A stretch of DNA of 64,000 bases from a virus (Duplodnaviria; Caudoviricetes). Position 1 is the first letter of the stretch. Every line of letters begins with the position of its first letter. The DNA lies in IMG/VR virus record IMGVR_UViG_3300028283_000231; one strand, written 5' to 3'. The notes below the pieces were generated by a model, which did not search any database, was not told the DNA's origin, and saw nothing but the letters and a program-made list of their open reading frames with translations. A program made the position numbers and the translations under genes. Positions 28,026-38,937 of the stretch are shown here, in pieces.

Positions 28026-31000
28026 TTAGTATTTTATTATATAAAATCTTCCATCCGCTATTATATAATAACCATAATTATCAGTCACGTATCTATAATT
28101 TACACCAGAGAAATTATTATTAATCAATATGAAATTCCTACCTTCATTGTAATTAAACAACTTGTTATTAGTATAACCTAAACCAAACTCGTTAAACGAT
28201 TGAGTTTCAATATACATATAAGGATCAATATTCATATCTACGTTAAAACTATAAGATAACATATCAGTCTTATATAAATCAATATATTGCACTGGTTCCA
28301 ACTCTTGTGTAGATTCATTTAAATGGAAAGTCTTAATCTTTGCTGTCCAAGATTCTGGCATTGTTGACCCACTTGTTAGATAGAAATTAATAGTAAATAA
28401 ATAATTACTGTCTATATTCAATGTCTGTATGTAATCAAAATTAATAACTGTATTTTCTTGATTAACAACAATCTTCTTAGCGTAATTGGCTGCGTTATAA
28501 TTAACGTACATTGAAGTACCAGCGTAAGCTAAACCTGTTATATCTAAAATATTGGCAGATAACGGTATAATGTGTTTTCTTAACCAATATACCATTTTAG
28601 TCAATTTTATTTGAACTTCCGCCAAAGAATACATATCAATATAATTTCCATCAAAATCAGTAATCTTGTAAGTTAAGTTAAATAAATTAGTCTTTAGATA
28701 ATTAACGTTATCAAACTCTGGCTCACTCCATCCTGGTATTTCGTTTACAAAAATATCCTGTATGAGAACTCTTTGTAATTTACCGTAAAGAGGTGAAGCT
28801 GGTTTAATACATCTATAATATTCGTACAGATCTAAATCGTTATAACCAAAGAAATTAATAGAGTTGATAAGAGCCTTGTAAGATCCTATGAAATTATAAA
28901 TCTCTGGATACATTGATAATAACTCTTTTCTTTTTCTGTTTAAAATAGTATAATCAATGCCTACTTCGTTAATATCAGATTCTTTGAATATAGGTTGAAC
29001 GTCAGTATCAATGTTAGCACCAAGAAGTTTTAAATGTTGCACAAATCTATCGTCTTCTATTTCAGTTTGTCCGTATAAGTTTATTGTTGCAATTCTATCT
29101 GGTTCTGTTTTAATTGTGAAATCATATGTTTTACCACTGGCTGAACTATCAAAAGGTAATAATATATCAGATACAGTTATTCTATTATTTGTAACATCAG
29201 TAACTACGTAAGTACCGTAATTACCAAATATAGTATGACCAGTAACGGTGTTCTCTGAGAAATTAAGTGATATATGTTGATGTGTTGCAAATCCTAAATT
29301 TGAAAAATTAAAATAAGTATCAGATGTAATATAATCAATATAAGATACCATATCTGATGTATCACCTGTGGTTATAGTAAAATTATTTATAAGAGTTGTA
29401 GTGCCAGTGACGTTGCTTGTAGTTCCTGAAAATACTATATTTTCAATTTTTTCAAGTATTAAATTATTTTGGGTCACTCCTTCTAGTTTTGAGTTGAAAC
29501 CAATAAATACCTGTAAAGGAACTGGAACGTAATTATAATTAACTGATGAATTAAGACGTTCTAGTGTATATGTTAAACTATCAAATACAGTTTGTTGAAA
29601 CTCTGGATCACTAACTCTATCTATATTAGTATTTGGATCAGTATTTAAGAAAACAAGATTATTAGTTGTACTGTTCCATAAAGGTTTTTGTCCTTGATAA
29701 GTTAATTCTCCATTTGGTTGTAATTGTGTGCCAGAATAGTCGTAATAGAATATATCTGGTGATACCTGTGGTGTGTTACCTTCGATCGGATCCCAAGAGA
29801 ATTTATAATAAACATCCCTGTCGTAATATCCACGAGGGGATCTTAAGAAACTACTTATTGAAACTGTTAAATTACTAGCGTACTCGTAAAAGAAAGGTCC
29901 TTGATAAGATAATTGAATTATATCAGGAGTTATCCTTAATATGTTAAACTGTTTATTATTCAAAGTGTGTGTACATCCACATATATCAATAATCATACCC
30001 GTCGCCAACTCGTAATTGTAAAGACTGTTATTAGTATTAACAAGATATAATTCACTACTGTCTATTACAATAGAATGGTTATTAATTCTTTGTATAAAGG
30101 CGTAATGTGAATATGAATTAATTTTCACCTCAACGTCGTAAAGGGTTATATTTGGTTGTTGTCCCTCTATAAACATAGTATAACCAGTATGACCCCCACT
30201 ATATGTATAACCACTATAAACACTAATTCCTTTATTATCAAGTATTTGATAATATTTATTAATAAAACTATTAATCGTGTTTAAAGTAAAATTAGATTTA
30301 TTGTTAATTGACCATGTGCAATAATTTCCAATGCCTGTACTGACTAAAGATGATATAACGAAAGCTCCGCTATTAAAATCATAAGATATAACAGTTGCTG
30401 TGAACTTATTATAAGTATCATGTACCACGTCAATTTCTTGCCCTGATACATAAGATAAAGATGTTCCACCTGTTAGATATATCGTTGTACCACTTGTTGT
30501 TGGTATATTTATACAGGTATTAGATGTTGTTGTGTTGTAGCTCAGAGGTATATAATAATCTATACCGTTAAGATTGATATTAAAACCGTAACCACTTGAA
30601 TCTCTTTGTATATCAAAATATATTTCAGTTAAGAAATTTTTGGCTAGTTTTGCGTCTTCGTAGTGGAAGACTTTTTCATAGGCTTTAAATTTCTCGTACA
30701 TACTGAAATAGAATACATCAGAGTCTTGTACAGTTGAAGCTGTTGTTAAATAAGTGAATCCTGTGGCAACTGGTAAATATGTTGAGCCGATATTTGCTGT
30801 AGCTCCACTATAATAAGGTTGATAATTATAATCAAGTCCGTCAAAAACTAAATAGTTATCGTTACCGTAATGATAATGATAAAGATTTAAACCATATCTA
30901 TCTAAAAGAGTTCTGTATTTATTTCTCATTGAAGATATAGTGTTCTCGTAGAAATAAGTAGATGTGCCAGAAGGCACAATGTCTTGTGTTAATGTTATGA

Positions 31001-32315
31001 GGTTACTTGTTGAGTAACAGACTGTATAACCACTAAATGTAGTTGGAGGAAGTACTGCAGATTGTTGGCAGTATAGTTTCCTTATTTTCTTTTTATTAAT
31101 AACTTTATTTATAGTGTAGGTATAACCAGTTTCAGGAATAATATATTCCCTAACTTGTATTTTATTATCAGTTACGTTTAAAACCTGAAATTGACGTTTA
31201 TCATGCAAAGTTCCTCCTGTAACATAAGGTGTAGCTAGTACTTCAATATAATCGTTATAAGTTAATCCAGTATATGTTATCGCAGAACATGTTTGTATGG
31301 TATTTATATCTTGATTTAAATAAAAATTAACAGTATCTACTGCAACTAGTTCTCTATCAATGAATCCTGTAATAGTAAAGGTTGGATCGTTAGCGTCGAT
31401 TGGGCTACCGTCTGCTTTTTCGAATATAATAGTTTGACCAGTTGAAACAAAATCAATATTTGTATTGATATAATTATAAAATTCAATTATGGTACCAGTT
31501 GGAGTATAATCTGTATATGTTATTTTAATGTCGCCTTCGTAAAGCTCTGGTCTTTGGGTCATTAAAAGAAAATCTAATTCTATTGTTGATCCAGTGACGT
31601 AAGTTGGGTTTTGTGGCAACGTAAAGTCGTAGACTTTTGTTTTCAATATATTATAATCGTCGTAAGTATAGACCCCGTCGTTATATGAACTACCAGCCAC
31701 GCTAACTTTTTTACCTCTATAATAGTTTAGGTTATTCATATCCACCAGTCCTTGGTGTCCGTAGTCTGGTGATTTAAAAACATTCACAGAAGAAACTGTA
31801 CCTCCAGAAAAAACAAAATTAAAATCTCTGTTATTAGTATAAGTAGTTATAAGAAAAGCACCTTTTTTAGTACCAAGCACGTTGTAGTAGGTAGTGCCGC
31901 TACCGTGAAAATTATTAAGATTTATATTTGTTGAACCTGTAATATCGTTAAAACAAACTGATGTACCAACTGGAAATTTTCTATCAAAATTATCACCGTA
32001 AATCCATTTAGAATAAAAAAGTGGACTACTATTAACCTTTTGTATATTTGTAATTGTCTGACCTGTATATGTTTGAGGAACGAAAGTTATACCGCTATAA
32101 TTAAAGAGTTGGGACGCTCTAAGGTCGAATATATCTGTAAAGCTGTAGGCTGGTACGTTTTCGAATACGTATAAGCAAACTGTTCTAAATGTGTCGCTAG
32201 AGTTTTCGTCGAAATAAAGTTTTCCTCCCCATTCGTCGTTTGTTGCGTTATATGTTAAATTATATGGATAACCTTCTTTATCGAAGAATAAAAGTTTATT
32301 AGTTGGTGTGCTCAA
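28026..32315 (-). CDS. Large virion structural protein (baseplate-wedge-like)
   Basis: 1429 aa, TTG start, Thr/Gly/Tyr-rich beta character; C-terminal FKESDINE..NRKRKELL..FIGSYKALINSINFFGY block; late promoter. Confidence 0.6.
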   Translation of the reverse strand: MSTPTNKLLFFDKEGYPYNLTYNATNDEWGGKLYFDENSSDTFRTVCLYVFENVPAYSFTDIFDLRASQLFNYSGITFVPQTYTGQTITNIQKVNSSPLFYSKWIYGDNFDRKFPVGTSVCFNDITGSTNINLNNFHGSGTTYYNVLGTKKGAFLITTYTNNRDFNFVFSGGTVSSVNVFKSPDYGHQGLVDMNNLNYYRGKKVSVAGSSYNDGVYTYDDYNILKTKVYDFTLPQNPTYVTGSTIELDFLLMTQRPELYEGDIKITYTDYTPTGTIIEFYNYINTNIDFVSTGQTIIFEKADGSPIDANDPTFTITGFIDRELVAVDTVNFYLNQDINTIQTCSAITYTGLTYNDYIEVLATPYVTGGTLHDKRQFQVLNVTDNKIQVREYIIPETGYTYTINKVINKKKIRKLYCQQSAVLPPTTFSGYTVCYSTSNLITLTQDIVPSGTSTYFYENTISSMRNKYRTLLDRYGLNLYHYHYGNDNYLVFDGLDYNYQPYYSGATANIGSTYLPVATGFTYLTTASTVQDSDVFYFSMYEKFKAYEKVFHYEDAKLAKNFLTEIYFDIQRDSSGYGFNINLNGIDYYIPLSYNTTTSNTCINIPTTSGTTIYLTGGTSLSYVSGQEIDVVHDTYNKFTATVISYDFNSGAFVISSLVSTGIGNYCTWSINNKSNFTLNTINSFINKYYQILDNKGISVYSGYTYSGGHTGYTMFIEGQQPNITLYDVEVKINSYSHYAFIQRINNHSIVIDSSELYLVNTNNSLYNYELATGMIIDICGCTHTLNNKQFNILRITPDIIQLSYQGPFFYEYASNLTVSISSFLRSPRGYYDRDVYYKFSWDPIEGNTPQVSPDIFYYDYSGTQLQPNGELTYQGQKPLWNSTTNNLVFLNTDPNTNIDRVSDPEFQQTVFDSLTYTLERLNSSVNYNYVPVPLQVFIGFNSKLEGVTQNNLILEKIENIVFSGTTSNVTGTTTLINNFTITTGDTSDMVSYIDYITSDTYFNFSNLGFATHQHISLNFSENTVTGHTIFGNYGTYVVTDVTNNRITVSDILLPFDSSASGKTYDFTIKTEPDRIATINLYGQTEIEDDRFVQHLKLLGANIDTDVQPIFKESDINEVGIDYTILNRKRKELLSMYPEIYNFIGSYKALINSINFFGYNDLDLYEYYRCIKPASPLYGKLQRVLIQDIFVNEIPGWSEPEFDNVNYLKTNLFNLTYKITDFDGNYIDMYSLAEVQIKLTKMVYWLRKHIIPLSANILDITGLAYAGTSMYVNYNAANYAKKIVVNQENTVINFDYIQTLNIDSNYLFTINFYLTSGSTMPESWTAKIKTFHLNESTQELEPVQYIDLYKTDMLSYSFNVDMNIDPYMYIETQSFNEFGLGYTNNKLFNYNEGRNFILINNNFSGVNYRYVTDNYGYYIIADGRFYIIKY

Positions 32316-32361
32316 TTCTTATTTCTTTTTATTTTTATATATTAAATAAGCGGTGTTCAAG

Positions 32362-33078
32362 TTATAATATTTGATTACACTCCACTAATAAACCGTAAAC
32401 GTAAACAAACTCCCATGTTCCATCTGCTACCTGAGCAATACTTGGAGATAATAAAGCGTCCATTATAAATGTACCTGTCCAACCATATGTCCCTTCACCG
32501 CTACTACCACTTGTTCCAGTTCCTCCCCCACTTGTGCCACTGACTGTACTCACACCACTTGTTCCATATGGTCCTGTGTAACCACAATCCCCAGATGTAC
32601 CACTTGTACCGGGCATACCTCTTACACCACTTGATCCTGTTGTACCACTAGTTCCAGTAGTTCCAGCAGTTCCACTAAAAACACCACTAGTTCCAGATTC
32701 ACCTGTTGTTCCTGATGTACCGTTTGTTCCTGACACACCAGCTGTCCCATCCTTTCCACTTGTGCCGCTACTACCTGATCTATTACTTGTACCGTCTTTT
32801 CCACTACTACCACTATTATTAGATGGTGATATTCCACTTGATCCACTTAGTCCTGCTGTTCCTGATGAACCAGATACTCCACTATACCCGCTTGTTCCTG
32901 AATCCCCTGTTGCTCCTTTACTACCTATTCCTGAAGTGCCAGTAAATGTAATATCAGTAGTTCCAGACGCGGTTAAAAATGGGGTTCCGCCAGAATTACT
33001 ATAACCTAATAATATCCAACCTTCTCTTGGCGGATCTTGTTCGTTAAAATCAACTATTTCTAAATTTAAGATACTCAT
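32362..33078 (-). CDS. Collagen-like (Gly-Thr-Ser)n virion/fibre protein
   Basis: Gly every third residue; N-domain PREGWILLGYS shared with the neighbour. Confidence 0.75.
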   Translation of the reverse strand: MSILNLEIVDFNEQDPPREGWILLGYSNSGGTPFLTASGTTDITFTGTSGIGSKGATGDSGTSGYSGVSGSSGTAGLSGSSGISPSNNSGSSGKDGTSNRSGSSGTSGKDGTAGVSGTNGTSGTTGESGTSGVFSGTAGTTGTSGTTGSSGVRGMPGTSGTSGDCGYTGPYGTSGVSTVSGTSGGGTGTSGSSGEGTYGWTGTFIMDALLSPSIAQVADGTWEFVYVYGLLVECNQIL

Positions 33079-33092
33079 TAAATATTATTATT

Positions 33093-33842
33093 TTAAGTTA
33101 CTTGCACTAATAAACCGTTATTAAATTTGAAATTCCAAATTTTTGATCCTGGACTAGGTACACCAGACGTTACATTTGCTGTCCACTCACCAACCCCACT
33201 AAATAAGAAAGGATTTGGTACATATCCACTACTACCACTTGTTCCTGATATACCACTAGTACCACTTGTTCCAGTTCCACTCGTGCCTGAAGTTCCATCT
33301 GCGCCTGATGTTCCACTTGTACCAGTTGTTCCGCTTGTTCCTGTTATACCACTTGTTCCACTTGTTCCACTTGTTCCACTTGTTCCACTAGTACCCATTC
33401 CCGTCGCACTAACACCAGATGTACCAGAAGTTCCAGAAGTTCCAGATGTACCAGAAGTTCCAGAAGATCCACCTAACCCACTTGTACCACTACTACCACT
33501 AACACCACCTGTACCGTCAATACCACTCGAACCACTTGTAGATGAAGGTGATATACCACTTGTTCCGCTAATACCAGATGTTCCAGATATTCCGCTGCTA
33601 CCCCCTTTTCCACTAGTTCCTGCTGATCCAGCGTTTCCTGTTGGTCCTGTTACTCCTGAAATTGGATAAGATATATTTCCAAATTCATCTTTTTGGGTTA
33701 GATATGATGTACCGCTCACATCACTATAACCAAGTAATACCCATCCTTCTCTTGGGTTTTCAACGTTGTTGAAATCTTGTACTTGTAATTTTAAGATACT
33801 CATGGTAAGTGTTTTCTTTTTCTCTATATATAAATAATTCAA
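33093..33842 (-). CDS. Collagen-like (Gly-Thr-Ser)n protein, paralog (probable start MSILKL at 33803)
   Basis: Same N-domain PREGWVLLGYS and C-terminal W.F..GLLV. Confidence 0.75.
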   Translation of the reverse strand: MNYLYIEKKKTLTMSILKLQVQDFNNVENPREGWVLLGYSDVSGTSYLTQKDEFGNISYPISGVTGPTGNAGSAGTSGKGGSSGISGTSGISGTSGISPSSTSGSSGIDGTGGVSGSSGTSGLGGSSGTSGTSGTSGTSGTSGVSATGMGTSGTSGTSGTSGTSGITGTSGTTGTSGTSGADGTSGTSGTGTSGTSGISGTSGSSGYVPNPFLFSGVGEWTANVTSGVPSPGSKIWNFKFNNGLLVQVT

Positions 33843-33923
33843 ATTAGAAAACTAAATGAAAATAATAAATGGGAATAACAATTCAGGCCTCGCATTATTT
33901 TATATATACGAATAAAAAATATT

Positions 33924-34709
33924 ATGGAAACAACCAATATTTATGTTCTAAAAGACCCAAGAACTAATGAAGTTAGATATATTGGAAAAGCCAATAATCC
34001 TGTTGAGAGATATAGAAATCATAACAATAAAGGAAGGGATAAAAATACACATAAAAGGAATTGGATCAATGAGTTGTGGAAGAATAAATTGAAACCGATA
34101 TTAGAAATAATAGATACTGTTCCAATAGATAAGTGGAAAGAATATGAAAAATTCTATATTAAAAAATATATAAACGATGGATGTGATCTCGTTAATTATA
34201 CTGACGGTGGTGATGGTGCTACTTTTGCAAATGCTACTTCATTTAAACCAGGTAACGGTGCTAGAAAAGTGGTGATGTTGGATAAAAATGGTACATATTT
34301 AAGAACATTTGATATGATAAAAGATGCTGAAGAATTTGTAGATATAAAGACAAATGGAGTAATGCAAGTTTTAATAAAAAGAAATAAAACTTGTAAAGGA
34401 TTTCTTTTTATATATGAAGATGAATATAAAAATATGACTAGTGATGATGTTAATAAAATAGTAAAAGATGCAGTTTATATTCCAAAAGCAAATAATGGTA
34501 GTTTTAAAAAAGGAGACAAACCAAAAAATATTAAAAAGACATATCAATTTGATAAAAAAGGTAATTTTATAAAAGAATGGGATTCAGCAGCAGAAGCTCA
34601 AAGAGAATTAAAATTAAAAGGTGGTGTAATTAATTGTGCTATAGGAACAGCGAAATCAGCAGGTGGATATTTCTGGTCTTATGATATAACAAAAAATAAA
34701 TATAACTAA
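33924..34709 (+). CDS. GIY-YIG homing endonuclease with NUMOD-type DNA-binding repeats
   Basis: IYVLKDPR...YIGKA; two QFDKKGNFIKEWDSAAEA-like NUMOD1 units. Confidence 0.85.
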   Translation: METTNIYVLKDPRTNEVRYIGKANNPVERYRNHNNKGRDKNTHKRNWINELWKNKLKPILEIIDTVPIDKWKEYEKFYIKKYINDGCDLVNYTDGGDGATFANATSFKPGNGARKVVMLDKNGTYLRTFDMIKDAEEFVDIKTNGVMQVLIKRNKTCKGFLFIYEDEYKNMTSDDVNKIVKDAVYIPKANNGSFKKGDKPKNIKKTYQFDKKGNFIKEWDSAAEAQRELKLKGGVINCAIGTAKSAGGYFWSYDITKNKYN

Positions 34710-34711
34710 TT

Positions 34712-35359
34712 GTGTTACTGATACTTATAAACGGAGCGAATAATAGTGGTAAAGATCAATTTGTAGAGTTCTTCGCTAAACATTATAAATTTAAGACTGT
34801 GAACTTATCTACGATAGATAGAGTTAAAGAATTATCCGAACAATATTTCGGTTGGAATGGTAAAAAAACGGAAGAAGCTAGGAAATTTCTAGCTGAAATG
34901 AAAAGGATATGGGCTGAGTTTAATAACGGTCCTTTTTTATATACTGTTAAGAAAATTAAATCCCATTTATCTAAATTGAACAAAAAGAATAAAGATAATA
35001 TCGTTTATTTTGTTCATTGTAGAGAGCCCGAGGAAATACAAAAATTTAAAGATAAATACAAGGATAAATGTTTGGCTATACTTCTTGAAAGAAAAGAAAG
35101 ACCAGAATCAAAAAAAATAGCAAATAATCACGCTGATATGGGTGTGGATAATTATAATTACGACGTGATTATATCAAACAACGGTAGTAAAATTGATCTA
35201 GAATTAGAGTCTATAAAATTCATCGAAGAAATTAAAAACAAATCATATCCTAAAGAATATATTAGTAGAAGAAGTATAGGTAAAATTGTTGATGGTTTGG
35301 TCACAGAAGAAACATGGATAGAAGATAGTCCTATAACAATAACAAAAAATAAAACTTAA
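34712..35359 (+). CDS. P-loop kinase, deoxynucleoside monophosphate kinase-like
   Basis: INGANNSGKD Walker A; HCREPEE; NHAD..VDNY.YD.II.NNG. Confidence 0.7.
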   Translation: MLLILINGANNSGKDQFVEFFAKHYKFKTVNLSTIDRVKELSEQYFGWNGKKTEEARKFLAEMKRIWAEFNNGPFLYTVKKIKSHLSKLNKKNKDNIVYFVHCREPEEIQKFKDKYKDKCLAILLERKERPESKKIANNHADMGVDNYNYDVIISNNGSKIDLELESIKFIEEIKNKSYPKEYISRRSIGKIVDGLVTEETWIEDSPITITKNKT

Positions 35360-35363
35360 AATT

Positions 35364-35666
35364 ATGCCAAAGTCGAAATTAAGAAAAGACCATAAGAAGA
35401 AAGCAAACGCTTTCAAGAAGAGAGTAGAAGACAGAAAGAAATCATTTGAAAAACAAATGCGTTCACTATACGAAAGACAACAACAAGAAAATCTTGAAAA
35501 ACAAATGGCTGCTGGCGATGTTTCCACACAAGAAATTGAAGGACTCAACGTTGAAGACTTTAAGATGGACACAGAAGAAATACCAACAATGGGTAATTTT
35601 GGTTTACCAACGGAAGAAGCCATGCCAGTTATAGTAGAAGGTGTAACAAGTCCAGATCAATTATGA
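35364..35666 (+). CDS. Hypothetical protein, basic N-terminus and acidic C-terminus
   Basis: 100-aa ORF. Confidence 0.7.
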   Translation: MPKSKLRKDHKKKANAFKKRVEDRKKSFEKQMRSLYERQQQENLEKQMAAGDVSTQEIEGLNVEDFKMDTEEIPTMGNFGLPTEEAMPVIVEGVTSPDQL

Positions 35667-35842
35667 GCCAGTTTTCAGAATATTTCGGTTTAAGTAAAAA
35701 CAAACTATCACCAGACCAACAAAGTAATATTGGTAAATATATATTTTTAGGAGTGGTGATATTTTGTATTTTATTCTTCCTATTTACTGTAATAGGTGCA
35801 ATATTCTTCCAAGAAGAGATATCTAAATTTATATTCGTATGA
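35663..35842 (+). CDS. Small membrane protein (59 aa)
   Basis: MSQFSEYF...YIFLGVVIFCILFFLFTVIGAIFF; ATGA overlaps at both ends. Confidence 0.65.
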   Translation: MSQFSEYFGLSKNKLSPDQQSNIGKYIFLGVVIFCILFFLFTVIGAIFFQEEISKFIFV

Positions 35843-35988
35843 TAGATAGCCCCTGTAAACATATATGCGTTCTGGAAGAAGGTGTATGTATTGGTTGTTA
35901 TAGAACCAAAGAAGAAATTTCTAAATGGAGTAAAATGACTGACGAAGAAAAACAAAAAGTGTTAAATAGAATTAAAAAGGAGGAATAA
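35839..35988 (+). CDS. DUF1289-family small Cys-rich protein (49 aa)
   Basis: SPCKHICVLEEGVCIGCYRTKEEISKWSKMTDEEK matches SPC...C.....C.GC.RT..EI..W. Confidence 0.8.
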   Translation: MIDSPCKHICVLEEGVCIGCYRTKEEISKWSKMTDEEKQKVLNRIKKEE

Positions 35989-35990
35989 AT

Positions 35991-36188
35991 ATGTTTCAGA
36001 CACAATCAGATTATAATAATATTAAAATAAACGAAGAGTTGATCAAGACATTAGATAAAGATAAACAATATCTACTTAAACAAATGTATAGTATCACAGA
36101 AGCTGAATCGCCCGGTGATATGTACGATATTGCAGTAGAATCACTTAAACATTTTAAATTAAAAGAAGCACCACAAAATGAGTACTAA
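35991..36188 (+). CDS. Hypothetical protein
   Basis: 65-aa ORF with AAGGAGG RBS. Confidence 0.7.
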   Translation: MFQTQSDYNNIKINEELIKTLDKDKQYLLKQMYSITEAESPGDMYDIAVESLKHFKLKEAPQNEY

Positions 36189-36345
36189 ATTACCAGAAGG
36201 TTGGTTAGATTGGAACACTTTAACTCTTGATCAAATGGTAGAATATTTGGAAGAGAAATACAGGTTTTCTAGTAGTGGTGAGGCTTTATGTATTTTTCGG
36301 TTGATAGAATTTTACGAAAAGAATAAAAAAACCCAGTCTAAATGA
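36178..36345 (+). CDS. Hypothetical protein (55 aa)
   Basis: MSTKLPEGWLDW...; ends in a terminator. Confidence 0.6.
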   Translation: MSTKLPEGWLDWNTLTLDQMVEYLEEKYRFSSSGEALCIFRLIEFYEKNKKTQSK

Positions 36346-36354
36346 CTGGGTTTT
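36328..36354. terminator. Bidirectional terminator
   Basis: AAAACCCAGTC-TAAAT-GACTGGGTTTT between convergent genes. Confidence 0.75.
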
Positions 36355-36357
36355 CTT

Positions 36358-36934
36358 TTATACACAACTTAATGCGTTCACTTTTTTACTTCTGATTTGT
36401 TTTCTCAAATCTATACCTTTCATATTATTAATATTTAAGGTACTAGATCCGTTTTTTACACTCATCAAAGACACTGGGTTAGTAGTGCCTAAACCTATTG
36501 AGGTACTATAAGAACCTGACGATATCGTCATTGTGCTACCAGACCATCCGTTCCAAAGAGGTGATGAATAATCAAAATTTGTGGTGGTTGGTGGCGAGTG
36601 GGAACTATCCCAACTTTTCACATTTCCCCAGGCTATTCCACCTGTTCCGCTTGTACCACTTCTACCACTTATTCCTGACGATCCACTTGTTCCTGAAATG
36701 CCTGATGTTCCGCTATATCCAGATACTCCTGATTTTCCTGTATGGCCTTGTGGGCCTTTCGGTCCAACATATCCTGCCATTCCGTCAGTACCAGATGTTA
36801 CTGAACTACCATATGAACCAGACGTTCCTGATGTTCCGGACGTCCCAGATCTTCCTTGATTCCTACCAGCCACGTGACCTGCTGTTCGGTATCTCTTGTA
36901 TTTAAAAAGATCTTGGAGTTCCTTATGTCCCCAT
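36358..36934 (-). CDS. (Gly-Thr-Ser)n protein; probable ATG at 36934 separated by a 1-nt insertion
   Basis: GTS repeats; frame open upstream of the annotated GTG (HKELQDLFKYKRYRTAGH); ATGGGGACAT minus one G restores the frame. Confidence 0.6.
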
Positions 36935-36938
36935 TTAC

Positions 36939-37154
36939 TTAAAAAGGGCGCACTATAACGTCGATCTGGTCAAGTTGATCTTTGTACTCACCTTGTAGAA
37001 GTGAAACTGCCGTCATAAAGACTGCTTTTTCTTCTTTTGCCAACATACACTTTGGTCCGTCGACGATGGTTGATTTCTTACCTTCTTTTTCTTGTAATTC
37101 ATTTGGATGCCACACTACTGCATACTCAAATAATGTTGATTTTGTTGTTGCCAT
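36939..37154 (-). CDS. Hypothetical protein
   Basis: 71-aa ORF. Confidence 0.7.
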   Translation of the reverse strand: MATTKSTLFEYAVVWHPNELQEKEGKKSTIVDGPKCMLAKEEKAVFMTAVSLLQGEYKDQLDQIDVIVRPF

Positions 37155-37189
37155 AATTTTAGTTATATTTTTTTGGTTAATTTATTGCA

Positions 37190-37696
37190 TTATTTTTGAT
37201 ATCGTGGGTCGTTTTCATATGTCTTGATATCTGATAATATCTCATCCATATTTCTTAAGCGACATTCAATATTTTCTTCTTTATATTCTGGGTGCTCAAT
37301 TAATTGTTTACTCCAGAAATCGAAATATTTTCTAATGTTTTCTCTTCCTTTTTTAAAATATTTCTGTTTATTTGGATCTATAAAATCATGTGGAAAATTA
37401 TTATATTTATGACTATCAAAATAAACTCCGAACTCATTAGCTAGTTCTTCACCATCTTTAAAATCTCCAATTTTCTGATAAACTCTTTTAGGTTTCAGAA
37501 AATCAACAAGATATGATGTGTTTTCTTTTTTAAGACATATGATGAAATTTTCACTACGATCAAGATCATATAAATCTGTGTAGAATCTATAAGTAAATCT
37601 AGCTTTGGGACCTTCTGGAAAATTACAATAACATCCACTAAAGGTATCTATATTGTTTTCAAGAAAATATTTCTTTAGTTTATCTATTTTTTTCAT
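37190..37696 (-). CDS. Hypothetical protein
   Basis: 168-aa ORF. Confidence 0.7.
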   Translation of the reverse strand: MKKIDKLKKYFLENNIDTFSGCYCNFPEGPKARFTYRFYTDLYDLDRSENFIICLKKENTSYLVDFLKPKRVYQKIGDFKDGEELANEFGVYFDSHKYNNFPHDFIDPNKQKYFKKGRENIRKYFDFWSKQLIEHPEYKEENIECRLRNMDEILSDIKTYENDPRYQK

Positions 37697-38928
37697 CTTT
37701 TCCTTCTATTCTTTACTTTTTTCGATTTAAGTCCCACATTTATAGCTTTCATAACAATATCATCACGATACCATTTGTGGCTATTTTTCTCTTGCCACAT
37801 CGCTTCTGATTGTGAACCTAAGTTTTTTATTGTATCATCTAAGATTAAATTGGGATTTGGTTTGACTGGACCGTCATTATAATTCATTGAATTCTGTCTG
37901 TCGTAATTAGACATAGAAAATAATTCCTCGTATTTAGCGTGATATTCATCAGACATTCTATATGGTCCTGTGTTTCTCATATATCCAAACTCAATTGGTT
38001 TATCGTCATCTGTTCCCTTTTCAGCAATAATTCTTTCGAAATTAGGAATCATATACCCATCCTCCACTATTGAGGAGAGCAAACCTGTTACAGTAACATA
38101 AGTTTTTTGGGTTGTTAATTCTTTTGCTTCAACTTGGGACAGATGAGCGTTCCAATAAGCTCCTTTATTAAAAAACTTTTTAATCCATCCGTCTATTCTA
38201 TCACTACCATAACCAGCACTTGTCCATAAAATACTTCTCCAAAAAGCGTCATTCTTCCAATTATCAATTATACCCTGAACAGCTTCTTTAGCCCTTCCAA
38301 TATAATCTTGTAAAGGAACCACTCTGTTAAACCTATCCAAAGCGTCTAACATTAACTCGTAATCAGCCTTCTTTCCAAGTATCTTGATTTTATTATAATC
38401 ACAGCCAATCCATTCATAAGTGTAGAAATTCGATACCATTTCTAAAAATGTTGTGGAAAAAGCAAATCTACTATCATCATCAGATGTTGTAAAGGCTGGA
38501 AGTATATCCCCTCTTTGTATATCCATAGGTACATTTTCCAGCACCAACTCAACAAACTGATCTATTGGCATGTGTATCAGTGAATTATTATGTCCTTCTA
38601 TCGTTATTTTACCCTTCTTTTTGTAAGTAAAGTATTTTCTACACTCTTCGGGATTAGCATTCACTATTGATGATAATTCACATAATATAGTGTACCATAT
38701 AAAATCGGGTTTTATAATAATACCGTAATCCATATTGTAAGCAATCTTTAAATAACTTACAAAATTATTATGAGGCACAATACCTTTAATATTATTATAC
38801 ACTATATTCTTGTGGTACAAATCTTTAGGACAACCTCTATGTTTTGTAAATATATCTATTGGGTTCAGTCCTTCCAGTACTACCCTGAAATCTTTCAGAG
38901 GAGTATTCTTTACTAATATCTCTCTCAT
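37693..38928 (-). CDS. DUF4419-like protein
   Basis: AYN..Y.I.I.PD.IW..I...S..VNAN.E..R..F; FTT; I.ILG...DY. Confidence 0.65.
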   Translation of the reverse strand: MREILVKNTPLKDFRVVLEGLNPIDIFTKHRGCPKDLYHKNIVYNNIKGIVPHNNFVSYLKIAYNMDYGIIIKPDFIWYTILCELSSIVNANPEECRKYFTYKKKGKITIEGHNNSLIHMPIDQFVELVLENVPMDIQRGDILPAFTTSDDDSRFAFSTTFLEMVSNFYTYEWIGCDYNKIKILGKKADYELMLDALDRFNRVVPLQDYIGRAKEAVQGIIDNWKNDAFWRSILWTSAGYGSDRIDGWIKKFFNKGAYWNAHLSQVEAKELTTQKTYVTVTGLLSSIVEDGYMIPNFERIIAEKGTDDDKPIEFGYMRNTGPYRMSDEYHAKYEELFSMSNYDRQNSMNYNDGPVKPNPNLILDDTIKNLGSQSEAMWQEKNSHKWYRDDIVMKAINVGLKSKKVKNRRKR

Positions 38929-38937
38929 TTTATTACC

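Noticed and set aside
32480-33700. Possible CRISPR array or tandem DNA repeat
   Set aside because: Repeats are degenerate 9-nt coding units without unique spacers; no CRISPR array or cas gene is seen in the window
32622-36905. Val/Pro-rich ORFs (32622..32846, 32762..33004, 33127..33669, 36498..36905, 36581..36859)
   Set aside because: Antisense or alternate-frame shadows of the Gly-Thr-Ser codon repeats
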